Assembly (NCBI GenBank): GCA_003153505.1 | Contig: PLZA01000065.1 | Coordinates: forward strand, 29,031 to 93,030 | Source: Candidatus Dormiibacterota bacterium | GTDB lineage: Bacteria; Chloroflexota; Dormibacteria; Aeolococcales; Aeolococcaceae | Direction of reading: 5' to 3' | DNA length: 64,000 nt | In this document: piece after piece, positions 47,456-56,927 of the stretch | Numbering within the stretch: position 1 is the stretch's first letter | Layout of the letters: each line of letters begins with the position of its first letter | Position numbers and translations under genes: made by a program | The notes under the pieces: generated by a model | The model's input: only the letters and a program-made list of their open reading frames with translations | Told to the model about the DNA's origin: nothing | Databases searched by the model: none

Positions 47456-48904
47456 TCATTTGAGCTGGAATTCGGGGCTGCCGAGGAGCGCGTACCACCG
47501 GTCGCCGTCGCTCTGGCTTGCGTTGAACACGGCGGCGGTATCTGTTCCAACCACGCCATCGAGCTGCGCATGCACGGCCGCCACCGGGTCCGGGAAGGTG
47601 TGCGCAGAGGCGACCACATTTGCAGCGAAATTGAGCCGCGCGAGCCACGCTCCGGATGACACCCATCCCTGGTTGGCCGGCCAGCCTGCAACAGTGGGCA
47701 TGTCGTAGAGGATCTGATCCATCGCCGCGCCGGCCTGCACGCACCTTGCGGCAAGGTTGGGTCGGTTGAGCGCGCGCATGGTTGCGACCATGTACTCGGC
47801 TGGACCGCGCACGAGGGACCGATAAGCATCAGGCGCGCTGAACGCTTCGCTCGTGAAGATCGTGCGCATCAACGTCTTGATGTCGTAGTTGCTGCTCCGA
47901 AACGCCGTGGCCACGCTGGTCACCAGGGAGGCTGGCGGATCCGGCGTGCAGAACTGTACCAGCGCATTTCGCGCGATGTGCGGCGCGCAGGCCGGCTGCG
48001 CCAGGATGATGTCGAGTGCCTGCGCCGGATCGATATTCCCCGTGCGTCCCAGGAAGGTCTTGACACCGGCGTCGTGTTGCTGTGGAGCGAGGACTCCTTT
48101 GAAGCTCGCCCCCTGGGCAAGCAACTGACCCACTGCCTGCGCATAAGCGGCGGGCGTCGATCCCTTGAGCTTCGGCACCTGCATCCGCTGACCGTTCGCG
48201 TCCACGAGGATCGTCCTGATGCCCGAGAGAGCACGCGCCCCTTCGCGGACATCGCTTTCGGAGTAGTTGCCGACCCCGAGGGTGAAGAGTTCCATGAGTT
48301 CGCGGCTGTAGTTCTCGTTGGGCGCGGCCGCTGTGCTCTCCTCGAGATCGAGGTAGCGAATCATCAGCGGGTCGAAGGTGACCGCGTTGATGAGCGAACG
48401 GAAGTCCGTGCGCCCGATCGAGCGGTAGAGGACGTTCTGCTGCAGGACGAAGGGCAACCGCGCGGCCTTTCGATAGTCACTGGTGAGCAGCCCGTGCCAG
48501 AACAGCGTCATGCGCTCCGGGAACTGCGCCGGCGTCGTTGCCATGTGTTCATACCAGGCGCGTACGACCGCCTGGTAACTGGTCGGGTCGGCCACCGTCG
48601 GCAGCGGTTGAGCCGCCTGGTTGACGATCATGTCGACGAGATCCGGATAGGACATCGACGCTGCCGAGTCCCACTCGGCGGCGGTGTAGCCGAAGGTCGC
48701 CCGCCGGAGCAGATGGGCCGCACGTCCGGCGGAGGTGGTGAGCGGGCTCGCCCACGCTCCGGCGGCGCCGCCCGCTGAGGCAACCTTCTGGGAGACACCG
48801 GGCAGTTGGAGGGTGAGGTAGCGGAAGCCCACTGCGCCGACCACGCCGCCGGCGGCGATCCCCAGGACCTGGCGGCGGCTGAGCTTGATGTGTGCGCTGC
48901 CCAT
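47456..48904 (-). CDS. DUF1800 family protein with Tat signal
   Basis: HIKLSRRQVLGIAAGG is a Tat signal, and the LLRRATFG motif is characteristic of DUF1800 proteins. Confidence 0.8.
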   Translation of the reverse strand: MGSAHIKLSRRQVLGIAAGGVVGAVGFRYLTLQLPGVSQKVASAGGAAGAWASPLTTSAGRAAHLLRRATFGYTAAEWDSAASMSYPDLVDMIVNQAAQPLPTVADPTSYQAVVRAWYEHMATTPAQFPERMTLFWHGLLTSDYRKAARLPFVLQQNVLYRSIGRTDFRSLINAVTFDPLMIRYLDLEESTAAAPNENYSRELMELFTLGVGNYSESDVREGARALSGIRTILVDANGQRMQVPKLKGSTPAAYAQAVGQLLAQGASFKGVLAPQQHDAGVKTFLGRTGNIDPAQALDIILAQPACAPHIARNALVQFCTPDPPASLVTSVATAFRSSNYDIKTLMRTIFTSEAFSAPDAYRSLVRGPAEYMVATMRALNRPNLAARCVQAGAAMDQILYDMPTVAGWPANQGWVSSGAWLARLNFAANVVASAHTFPDPVAAVHAQLDGVVGTDTAAVFNASQSDGDRWYALLGSPEFQLK

Positions 48905-49097
48905 GAGCGGCCAGTTTCGACATCCGACCTGAGAATTTCCCTGGCGACCAGGGCCTCCCAGGCACATCTCAGGCAACTCTCAGCCGCAAGCCCTGCATCC
49001 ATGCGCTGAGCCCACCCCCCAACTCCACTCGGTAGACTGGAATCAAGCCCGGCGCGCTGCCGGCTGCATCCGGATCATTTGCAAGGGAGTACCACCG

Positions 49098-49424
49098 ATG
49101 CCGTCCACTCCGGCCGAAATATTCAGCGAGATCAATTCCCGCATCGCAGCCGACCCCACCAAGACGGCGGGGATGACCGCCATCTACGCCTTCGACCTCG
49201 GGGGCGAGGCGCCCGGCCAGTACCACATCTCGCTCAAAGACGGCAGCGCCGACGTCGGCGAGGGCGCGCCCGAGAACCCGAACATCACGATCACCATGAA
49301 GTCCGAGGATTTCGTCGACCTGGCCACGGGCAAGCTCGACGGCACCATGGCGTTCATGAGCGGGAAGATCAAGATCAAGGGCGACATGGGTCTCGCGATG
49401 AAGCTCCAGTCGGTGCTCCGCTAA
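49098..49424 (+). CDS. SCP-2 sterol-transfer domain protein
   Basis: 108 aa with the SCP2 pattern (AIYAFDLGG .. FMSGKIKIKGDMGLAMKL). Confidence 0.8.
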   Translation: MPSTPAEIFSEINSRIAADPTKTAGMTAIYAFDLGGEAPGQYHISLKDGSADVGEGAPENPNITITMKSEDFVDLATGKLDGTMAFMSGKIKIKGDMGLAMKLQSVLR

Positions 49425-49444
49425 GCATCACCGGACTGCGCACG

Positions 49445-49762
49445 GTGGCTGCGGATCTCCGCCCGGTGCGATTCGACTACGACGAGAAGAATCGATCGCT
49501 GCTGATCGAGTGGTCGGACGGCGCCGCGCATGCGATCCCTTTTGCGGTGCTCCGGCGCGCCTGCCCCTGCGCCGCGTGCAAGGGTGAGCCGGGGTATCGG
49601 GGACGGTTCAGCGCCGACCCCGATCTCCACGCCGGCGAGGACGAGCTCGCCGACATCTCACTGGTCGGCGCCTACGGCCTGAACACCGTCTGGGCAGACG
49701 GCCACAACACCGGCATCTACACGTACCAGCGGCTCCGCGAGCTCGGCAATGCGTCGGCGTAG
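49445..49762 (+). CDS. DUF971 family protein (gamma-butyrobetaine hydroxylase N-terminal-like)
   Basis: LLIEWSDGAAHAIPFAVLRRACPCAACKGE contains a CxCAxC motif. A GTG start is assumed. Confidence 0.65.
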   Translation: MAADLRPVRFDYDEKNRSLLIEWSDGAAHAIPFAVLRRACPCAACKGEPGYRGRFSADPDLHAGEDELADISLVGAYGLNTVWADGHNTGIYTYQRLRELGNASA

Positions 49763-49773
49763 AGTTCGCCGCG

Positions 49774-50574
49774 ATGACCGCCGAAGCCACGCCGACCACC
49801 GCGCCTCAGCTGTTGCGTTCCGTCACCGACGGCGTGCTCACCCTCACGCTCAATCGGCCCGAGGTGCTCAACGCGATCACACCGGCATTGCTCGATGAGG
49901 TCACCGAGTCGCTCCGCGACGCGGCGTCGGGCACAGCGGTCCGCGCGGTCGTCATCACCGGCGCCGGGCGTGGCTTCTGCAGCGGACAGGACCTGCGTGC
50001 GGCGGCAAGCGAAGCCGGACTCGATGTCGGCGCCGTGCTCCGGGATCACTACACCCCGGCGATCCGGGCGATTCGCTCGATGGATCAACCCGTGATCGCC
50101 GCTGTCAACGGGGTCGCCGCCGGAGCTGGGTTCTCCCTCGCGCTCGCGTGCGACCTGCGCATCGCCGCCGAGTCCGCCACCTTCGTGCAGGCGTTCGTGC
50201 GCATCGGCCTCATCCCCGACCTGGCGAGCACCTACTTTCTACCGCGCCTGATCGGGCCGGCACGCGCCGCCGAGCTGACCATGCTCGGCGAGACCGTCAA
50301 TGCCGGTCGTGCCCTCGAGCTCGGCATCGTGAACCGCGTGGTCGCGGATTCGGATCTTGGCGCGGCGGCCGCCGAGCTCGCCGCGAGGCTCGCGCGCGGA
50401 CCGCGTTCGATCGGGCTCACCAAGCACGCCCTCGAAGTCTCACACGAGAACGATCTCGAGGCCCAGCTCGCGGTCGAGGAGCGCCTCCAGAGTGAGGCCA
50501 CGACCACGAGCGACTTCTTCGAGGGCATCAGCGCCTTTCTCGAGAAGCGTCGGGCAACGTTCACGGGCTCGTAG
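49774..50574 (+). CDS. enoyl-CoA hydratase/isomerase (crotonase family)
   Basis: Oxyanion-hole motifs ITGAGRGFCSGQDL and AAVNGVAAGAGFSLALACD are present. Confidence 0.85.
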   Translation: MTAEATPTTAPQLLRSVTDGVLTLTLNRPEVLNAITPALLDEVTESLRDAASGTAVRAVVITGAGRGFCSGQDLRAAASEAGLDVGAVLRDHYTPAIRAIRSMDQPVIAAVNGVAAGAGFSLALACDLRIAAESATFVQAFVRIGLIPDLASTYFLPRLIGPARAAELTMLGETVNAGRALELGIVNRVVADSDLGAAAAELAARLARGPRSIGLTKHALEVSHENDLEAQLAVEERLQSEATTTSDFFEGISAFLEKRRATFTGS

Positions 50575-50582
50575 TTCCCGAC

Positions 50583-51989
50583 ATGCTCGGAGCTGTCGAC
50601 AAGCTCACGGCGCTGCTGGGCTCCGCCAGGGTCCTGACCGGTACCGACATCAGCGAGGACGACTGGCACGACGAGTCGCTGGTGGCGCTCTGGCACGCAC
50701 CGGACGCGGTCGTCCTCCCCCATTCGGCGGCCGAGGTCGCCGAGATCATCGCCATCGCCCGGGACTTCGCCATGCCGGTCACCGCACGCGGGTCAGGCAC
50801 CGGTCTCGCCGGCGCGTGCGTGCCCCGCGCCGGCGGCGTGCTGATCGCCTTTCGGGAGATGAGCGCCATTCTGGAGATCGATGTCGACAACCAGGTCGCC
50901 GTCGTCCAGCCGGGGGTGAACCTTCGCGCGCTCGACGAGGCGACTGCGCGGCACGGGCTCGTCTACCCCGTGTTCCCGGGTGAGAGCAGCGCGAGCCTCG
51001 GGGGCAGTGTCGCGACCAACGCCGGCGGGATGCGCGCTGTCAAATACGGCGTCACCCGCCACCAGGTGCTCGGGCTCGAGGCGGTGCTCGGTACCGGTGA
51101 GGTGATTCGGACCGGGGGAAAATTCGTCAAGGCGACGTCCGGCTACGATCTCACCCAGCTGATCGTCGGATCCGAGGGCACCCTTGCGATCGTCACCGAG
51201 GCGACCCTGCGGCTCTACCCCCGCCAGGCGCATGCCGCGACCGTGCTCGCACCGTTTCGGACCGTCGCCGACATCGCCGCAGCGGTGCCGCGGATCGTGC
51301 AGAGCGGCATTGCGCCGATGATCCTCGAGTACATCGACGTGATGTCGATGGCAGCCATCACCGCCGCGCGCGGCCTCGAACTCGGGATCGACGCAGCCGT
51401 CAAGGAGGCCGCGCTCGCCTACCTCGTGGTCGTCCTCGAGTCCCGCGACTCCGGCCGGCTCGACGAGGACATCGAGTCTCTCGGCGATCTGATCACGACA
51501 CTGGGCGCGCTCGACGTCTACGTCCTGCCGCCGCGCGCGGCTGCGGATCTCATCGAGGCGCGGGAGCGGGCCTTCTTCGCCGCCAAGGCCGCCGGCGCCA
51601 ACGAGATCGTGGACACCGTCGTGCCGCGAGCCCAGATCCCGGAATTTCTGGCCCGGGTGCAACTGATTGCTCAGGACACGGGGTCGATGGTGGTCGGCTG
51701 CGGCCACGCGGGCGACGGCAACGTGCACCTGTCGGTCTTCCAGTCCGATCCGGAGCGCCTCGAGCAGGTGCTGCGGAGCGTGTTTGCCGCCGGCGCCGCC
51801 CTCGGCGGCGCGGTGTCGGGCGAGCACGGCATCGGCACCGACAAGCGCGGCCACTTCCTCGCCCTCGAGGATCCGGCGAAGCTCGCGCTCATGGCCAGGA
51901 TCAAGGCGGCTTTCGACCCCGACGGCATCCTCAATCCCGGGGCGATGCTCGGGCCGGCACCGGCGCTGGTCGAGGCGGGCGCCGGATGA
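50583..51989 (+). CDS. FAD-linked oxidase (GlcD/D-lactate dehydrogenase family)
   Basis: FAD-binding PCMH domain (ARGSGTGLAGACVP) and a C-terminal FAD-oxidase domain are present. Confidence 0.8.
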   Translation: MLGAVDKLTALLGSARVLTGTDISEDDWHDESLVALWHAPDAVVLPHSAAEVAEIIAIARDFAMPVTARGSGTGLAGACVPRAGGVLIAFREMSAILEIDVDNQVAVVQPGVNLRALDEATARHGLVYPVFPGESSASLGGSVATNAGGMRAVKYGVTRHQVLGLEAVLGTGEVIRTGGKFVKATSGYDLTQLIVGSEGTLAIVTEATLRLYPRQAHAATVLAPFRTVADIAAAVPRIVQSGIAPMILEYIDVMSMAAITAARGLELGIDAAVKEAALAYLVVVLESRDSGRLDEDIESLGDLITTLGALDVYVLPPRAAADLIEARERAFFAAKAAGANEIVDTVVPRAQIPEFLARVQLIAQDTGSMVVGCGHAGDGNVHLSVFQSDPERLEQVLRSVFAAGAALGGAVSGEHGIGTDKRGHFLALEDPAKLALMARIKAAFDPDGILNPGAMLGPAPALVEAGAG

Positions 51990-53536
51990 TCGGCAGCGAA
52001 GCCCTGGTCCGGAGTCTTGTGACCTCGGGCGTCGACGTGGTGTTCGGCAACCCCGGCACATCGGAGATGCATTTCGTCGCCACCCTCGACGCCGTCCCGG
52101 AGATGCGAGGCGTGCTCGCGCTGTTCGAAGGCGTGGCCACGGGCGCCGCCGACGGCTATGCGCGACTTCGCGAGAGTCCGGCCGCGGTGCTCCTCCACCT
52201 GGGGCCCGGTCTCGGCAACGGCCTCGCCAATCTGCACAACGCACGGCGCAGTCGAGCGCCCGTTGTGGCGATCGTCGGCGATCACGCGACGTACCACAAG
52301 CAGTACGACGCCCCGCTGGAGTCCGACATCGACACGGTGGCTCGGAATGTCTCGACCTGGATCCGCCGGAGCATGCGTCCCGAGGACGCGGGCAGGGACG
52401 CCGCGGCGGCGGTCGCTGCCGCATTCGGGCCTCCGGGACAGGTCGCCACCCTGATTCTGCCCGCCGACGTGTCCTGGTCTGAGGGTGGCTCGGTCGCAGC
52501 CCCGGCGCCGCGACGGCCCCGCGAGGCGGTGAGTGCCGCGATGCTGGACACGGTTGCCACCGTCCTCCGTTCAGGCGAGCGGACCGCGTTCCTGCTGGGC
52601 GGGTCTGCACTGACCGCCCGGGCGATCGGTGCCGCGTCGCGCATCTCGCAGGCGACCGGAGCGGAGGTTCTTGGGGAGACGTTCCCAGCGAGGATTGAGC
52701 GGGGCGCCGGCGTTCCGGTCATCCAACGCTTGGCATATCTCGCCGAGATGGCGGCGGGCCAGCTCGACGGTCTGCGCCATCTGATCCTGGTCGACACCAA
52801 AGCACCGGTGTCGTTCTTCGCGTATCCGGGGAAGCCGAGCGACCTCGTTCCCGAGGGCTGTGACGTCATCGTTCTCGCGGGTGGCGGCGACGACGCGGCG
52901 GCCGCGCTGGAGGCACTCGCCACAGAGCTCGGTGCCCACCCGATCGCCGTCTCGGACCACCCGACGCCTGATCGCCCAAGCGGCGAGTTGGGCGCCGAGT
53001 CGATCGCTCGTGCGATCGGCGCGCTGCTCCCCGAGGGTGCGATCGTCTCCGACGAAGCCAACACCAGCGGCACGTTCCTGCCGACCTTCACAGCGGGTGC
53101 ACCCCGCCACGACTGGCTGACTCTCACCGGCGGATCGATCGGCCAGGGGCTCCCGGTGGCTGTCGGTGCGGCGATCGCCTGTCCCGACCGGCCGGTGCTC
53201 GCACTTGAAGCCGACGGCTCGGCGCTCTACACCCTCCAGTCACTCTGGACGATGGCCCGCGAGCAGCTCGATGTGACCACCGTCATCTTCAGCAATCGCC
53301 GGTACGCGATCCTGCGCATGGAGCTCGCCCGAGTCGGCGCCACGGCGTCCGGTCAGCGCGCGCTCGAGATGCTGGACATCTCCCCGCCCGACATCGACTT
53401 CGTGGCGCTCGCAAAGGGGCTGGGCGTTCCGGCGACGCGCCCGGAGCGCGCCGAGGCGTTCGTCGCGGACCTGGAGCGAGCGTTTTCGGAGCCCGGACCG
53501 CACCTCATCGAGGCGGTCATCCCCTCGCTGTTCTGA
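51986..53536 (+). CDS. thiamine-diphosphate-dependent enzyme (acetolactate synthase/benzoylformate decarboxylase-like)
   Basis: N-terminal Pyr domain (VFGNPGTSEMHF) and a C-terminal PP domain with GDG..N motif. ATGA-coupled to the upstream gene. Confidence 0.85.
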   Translation: MIGSEALVRSLVTSGVDVVFGNPGTSEMHFVATLDAVPEMRGVLALFEGVATGAADGYARLRESPAAVLLHLGPGLGNGLANLHNARRSRAPVVAIVGDHATYHKQYDAPLESDIDTVARNVSTWIRRSMRPEDAGRDAAAAVAAAFGPPGQVATLILPADVSWSEGGSVAAPAPRRPREAVSAAMLDTVATVLRSGERTAFLLGGSALTARAIGAASRISQATGAEVLGETFPARIERGAGVPVIQRLAYLAEMAAGQLDGLRHLILVDTKAPVSFFAYPGKPSDLVPEGCDVIVLAGGGDDAAAALEALATELGAHPIAVSDHPTPDRPSGELGAESIARAIGALLPEGAIVSDEANTSGTFLPTFTAGAPRHDWLTLTGGSIGQGLPVAVGAAIACPDRPVLALEADGSALYTLQSLWTMAREQLDVTTVIFSNRRYAILRMELARVGATASGQRALEMLDISPPDIDFVALAKGLGVPATRPERAEAFVADLERAFSEPGPHLIEAVIPSLF

Positions 53537-54244
53537 TCAGGGCCGGAGGCGCTCGCCGGCGTGGATCGGCACTGTCAGCCAGTTCTCTCGCGGGGGCAGC
53601 GGGCAGCTCCAGCGGGGGTCGTAGCTGCAGGACGGTTGATACGAGAAATTGAAGTCCAGGATGAGGCGGCCATCGCTGTCGACACCGAGATCGGCACTTT
53701 TCGCCGTGTCCAGGAGGTAGCGGCCGGCCCCATACGTCTCACCGCCGCTGGTCGCATCACGGAAGGAGAGAAAGAACCCGCCCGAGTAGTCGAGCAGCCA
53801 GAACATCGACAGGCGCAGCTGGGTACTGCCCAGCGAGCAATGCGCGGTGCCCGCGCGCTCGGCCGTGACGTGACCGGAGGTCGACCCGGGAAGCTCGAAC
53901 GTCGCGCCATCCGCTGCCTCGACATCGGCAACCGTGCGCAATCCCGGGTCGTAGTCGTAATACGCAGGTGCCGTCGCGTCGCCACGCTCTGCCTCCGGAA
54001 TCGGGCTCTGCGAATGGCCGCGATAGAGACGGTCGCGGACCTCGCGCCAGCGGGCCCAGGCAACGACCGGGTCCGGCTCCCCGCGAATTCCGGCGTAGAG
54101 CTCGCTGATCTGGCGCCGCCAGTCAGCCAGCGCCAGCCGGCCCGGGATCACTCCTGTATCGGCGCCGGAATCCTCAGTCAACCCGCGGAAATGTACCTCG
54201 CCCTCAGGGGCCGTCGCCGAACACCACGCCCCCACGGAGCTCAT
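53537..54244 (-). CDS. DUF1684-like protein
   Basis: The YGAGRYL and DFNFSYQPSCSY motifs are remembered from DUF1684. Start is uncertain. Confidence 0.6.
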   Translation of the reverse strand: MSSVGAWCSATAPEGEVHFRGLTEDSGADTGVIPGRLALADWRRQISELYAGIRGEPDPVVAWARWREVRDRLYRGHSQSPIPEAERGDATAPAYYDYDPGLRTVADVEAADGATFELPGSTSGHVTAERAGTAHCSLGSTQLRLSMFWLLDYSGGFFLSFRDATSGGETYGAGRYLLDTAKSADLGVDSDGRLILDFNFSYQPSCSYDPRWSCPLPPRENWLTVPIHAGERLRP

Positions 54245-54692
54245 CCATCCGGCGCATGCGAGCATGCGCGGTCTCGCCGAGCCGCGCCAGCACGCCGGCG
54301 ATCAACGCCTCGGTGAGCGCCACGGCTGACACCAGCGAGTCGAATGGCATCACCATGGTCTGGACACCCGTCGCCAGCACAAAGCGCGCGGAGGCTGCGG
54401 CCGGGGACAACCAGGGATCGGTCACCAGGACGACGGTGCTCCCCCGCCCCGCCGCGACCTTTGCGCTGTTGATCGTGTCGCTCTGGTAGCGGCGGTAGTC
54501 GAAGACCACCAGGATGTCGCGCCGGCCGAGATCCACCAGGCGGTCTGCAGGGTTGCTCCGCTCGGGATCGATCAGCTCGACGCCGGGTCGGATCAGGTGC
54601 AGCTGGCTCGCGAGGTAACGCGCGAGGAAGGTGCTCACCCGGCCGCCGAGCGTGAGGACGTGCCGGCGTGAGTCGGAGAGCAGGTCGATCAC
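54204..54692 (-). pseudogene. SIS-domain fragment of an RpiR/MurR-type regulator lacking the N-terminal HTH (probable 5' truncation)
   Basis: Only the SIS domain is present. An in-frame stop lies immediately upstream and there is no HTH. It could instead be a stand-alone SIS protein. Confidence 0.5.
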
Positions 54693-54701
54693 CGCGTCGA
54701 A

Positions 54702-55118
54702 ATGTGCTGCAAGTACGGGATTCCGCGGCTCCTCGAGCGGGGCGGCGGTTCGGTGATCAACGTTGCCTCGTTCGTGGCGCTGGTCGGCGCGGCGACGTCA
54801 CAGATCGGGTACACGGCGTCGAAGGGAGCGGTGCTGTCGATGAGTCGCGAGCTCGCTGTCCAGTTCGCTCGCCAGGGGGTTCGAGTCAATGCCCTGTGTC
54901 CGGGACCGGTCGAGGCTCCTCTGCTCATGCGCCTCTTTTCGGACAACCCCGCCGCGTATGAGCGGCGCCGCATCCACCTGCCGATGGGCCGCCTGGCCAC
55001 CGCACGCGAGATCGCCAACGCCGCGCTGTTTCTTGCGAGCGACGACTCGTCGTATGTGAACGGTGCGACCTTCCTCGTCGACGGTGGGCTCACCGCCGCC
55101 TACGTGACCCCGGAGTAG
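54702..55118 (+). pseudogene. C-terminal fragment of an SDR oxidoreductase (Rossmann half missing)
   Basis: Catalytic YTASKGAV, NALCPGPVEAP and the C-terminal region are present, but there is no TGxxxGxG N-terminus. The upstream DNA is antisense to the SIS gene. Confidence 0.6.
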
Positions 55119-55212
55119 GCCGGGGCTGTAACCCCTCCGCATACTCTCCGCATCATCAATGCACAGCGGTGGGCTGCGGCCGTCCTGATCGTCGGTGTCA
55201 TGATCCGAGCGC

Positions 55213-56313
55213 ATGGTTGTTGAGGCGGCGATCCGCTCCGCGGCGCTGCCCGACGGCCGAGCCGCCTGGCCAGTTCCGACGCCAGTCGCGATCGAAGGGC
55301 TCGGAACGGCGGTTCCACCCCATGACGTCGGCGGCGACGAGGTCCTTCGCCTGCTCACGCAACTCTGGCCGCGGCTCCAGCGTCGTGTGAGCCTCTTCGC
55401 CGACGAGCTTTCAGACACGCGCCGCTTCCTCGTCCGCCCGATCGAGGAGGCCCTGGTGCCGCTGAGCCCAGGGGCGCAGGCAGTTCGCTATGCGGCCGAT
55501 GCGACCGCGCTCGCGATCGCCGCAGCGGAGCGAGCGATCCTCGACGCTGGGACCGCGGTCGGTGACCTCGGGCTCATCGTCGTGTCGTCGTGCACCGGGT
55601 TCGTGCTCCCCGGGGTGGATGTGCAGCTGGTCAATCACCTCGGCCTCCGTCGCGATATCAGGCGTATGCCGTTTATGAACTTCGGCTGCGCAGGCGGCGC
55701 TGCGGCGCTGGCGTGGGCGTCTGATTGGGCTCGCTCGCATCCCGAGGAGTCGGCCCTGGTGGTTGCCGTCGAGGTGCCGTCGCTGACCTTCCGGCCGGCG
55801 GACACCTCGGCCGACAACCTCCTGAGCGTGCTCGTGTTCGGCGACGGTGCCGGGGCGGCGGTGCTTCGTGGGGGAACCGTCCTCGGACGCATCGGCATCG
55901 GCAGGACCGGTCATCATCTGGTGCGGTCGAGCACCGAAGCGCTCGGCTTCGAGCGGTCCGATGACGGGTTCCGCGTCGTTGTCTCCCGCCAGCTCCCCCG
56001 GCTGCTCGAGGCTCACCTTCCCGCACTGGTCGACGACTTCATCGGTCAAGCGTCCGATCTCGACGTGATCGCGCTCCATCCGGGGGGACAGGCGATCGTC
56101 GAAGCGGTCACGCGTTGCCTCGGACTCACAGACTCGCAGGTGGCGGCGACGCGCCGGGTGATGAGCAGCGTCGGCAACACCTCGTCTGCAGCAATCCTGT
56201 TCGTGCTCGAGGATCTGGCGACGCACCTCCCCTCCCCCGAGGGCCACGGCCTCGGCGCTGCCTTCGGCCCCGGGCTCATGGTCGAGCTCATCGAGCTGCT
56301 CTGGGCGTCATGA
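55213..56313 (+). CDS. type III polyketide synthase (chalcone/stilbene synthase superfamily)
   Basis: Catalytic Cys (VVSSCTGFVLPG), His/Asn regions and a C-terminal GFGPG-like motif (AAFGPGLMVE) are present. A GTG start at ~55285 is also possible. Confidence 0.85.
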   Translation: MVVEAAIRSAALPDGRAAWPVPTPVAIEGLGTAVPPHDVGGDEVLRLLTQLWPRLQRRVSLFADELSDTRRFLVRPIEEALVPLSPGAQAVRYAADATALAIAAAERAILDAGTAVGDLGLIVVSSCTGFVLPGVDVQLVNHLGLRRDIRRMPFMNFGCAGGAAALAWASDWARSHPEESALVVAVEVPSLTFRPADTSADNLLSVLVFGDGAGAAVLRGGTVLGRIGIGRTGHHLVRSSTEALGFERSDDGFRVVVSRQLPRLLEAHLPALVDDFIGQASDLDVIALHPGGQAIVEAVTRCLGLTDSQVAATRRVMSSVGNTSSAAILFVLEDLATHLPSPEGHGLGAAFGPGLMVELIELLWAS

Positions 56314-56927
56314 AGGGGCGGGCGCGAAGCGCCCTCGTGCTCGCGGCCGCGGCGCAGCGGCTCGTCGAGCTGCGGATCTCGAAGCGCAACCGCGTTGCAC
56401 TGGGCCGCGCCGAGCAGGCGTCCCCCTCGACCTACCCGGCCATGGTCGCCGTGCATGTCCTGCTCTTCGCGGTCAGCCTCTGGCCGCGCGCTGGCCGCAG
56501 GGTTTCGCGCCCGGTGGAAATCGTCGCCCTGGCGGGCCTCGGTGCGTCAGCCGGCCTGCGGCTGTGGGTCATTCGAACGCTGGGGACGACCTGGAACGTG
56601 ACGGCTCACGTGGCGCCTGAAGGGCACATCGAGACTGGGGGTCCCTATCGCTTCGTGCGCCATCCGAATTACGTCGCCGTGGCGCTGGAGTTCGCCTGCC
56701 TGCCCACGGCGGTCGGCGCCGTTCCAGAGGCGCTGGTGCTCTCGCTCGCCAACGCCGCGGTGCTCGCGCCGCGCATCCGAGCCGAGGAGCGCCTGCTCGA
56801 CGCGATCCCCGGATATCGCGAGGCGTTCCAGGACGTCCCCCGTTTCATCCCGCGCCGGATGTCCCGGAGCCGTCAGATCCCCGCCAGCAACAACCACTCG
56901 CGCGCCGTGACGTCGCGAAAGGTCTGA
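56310..56927 (+). CDS. isoprenylcysteine carboxyl methyltransferase (ICMT)-family membrane methyltransferase
   Basis: ICMT signature (YRFVRHPNYVAVALEF) on a TM protein. Its ATG overlaps the PKS stop (ATGA). Confidence 0.75.
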   Translation: MKGRARSALVLAAAAQRLVELRISKRNRVALGRAEQASPSTYPAMVAVHVLLFAVSLWPRAGRRVSRPVEIVALAGLGASAGLRLWVIRTLGTTWNVTAHVAPEGHIETGGPYRFVRHPNYVAVALEFACLPTAVGAVPEALVLSLANAAVLAPRIRAEERLLDAIPGYREAFQDVPRFIPRRMSRSRQIPASNNHSRAVTSRKV

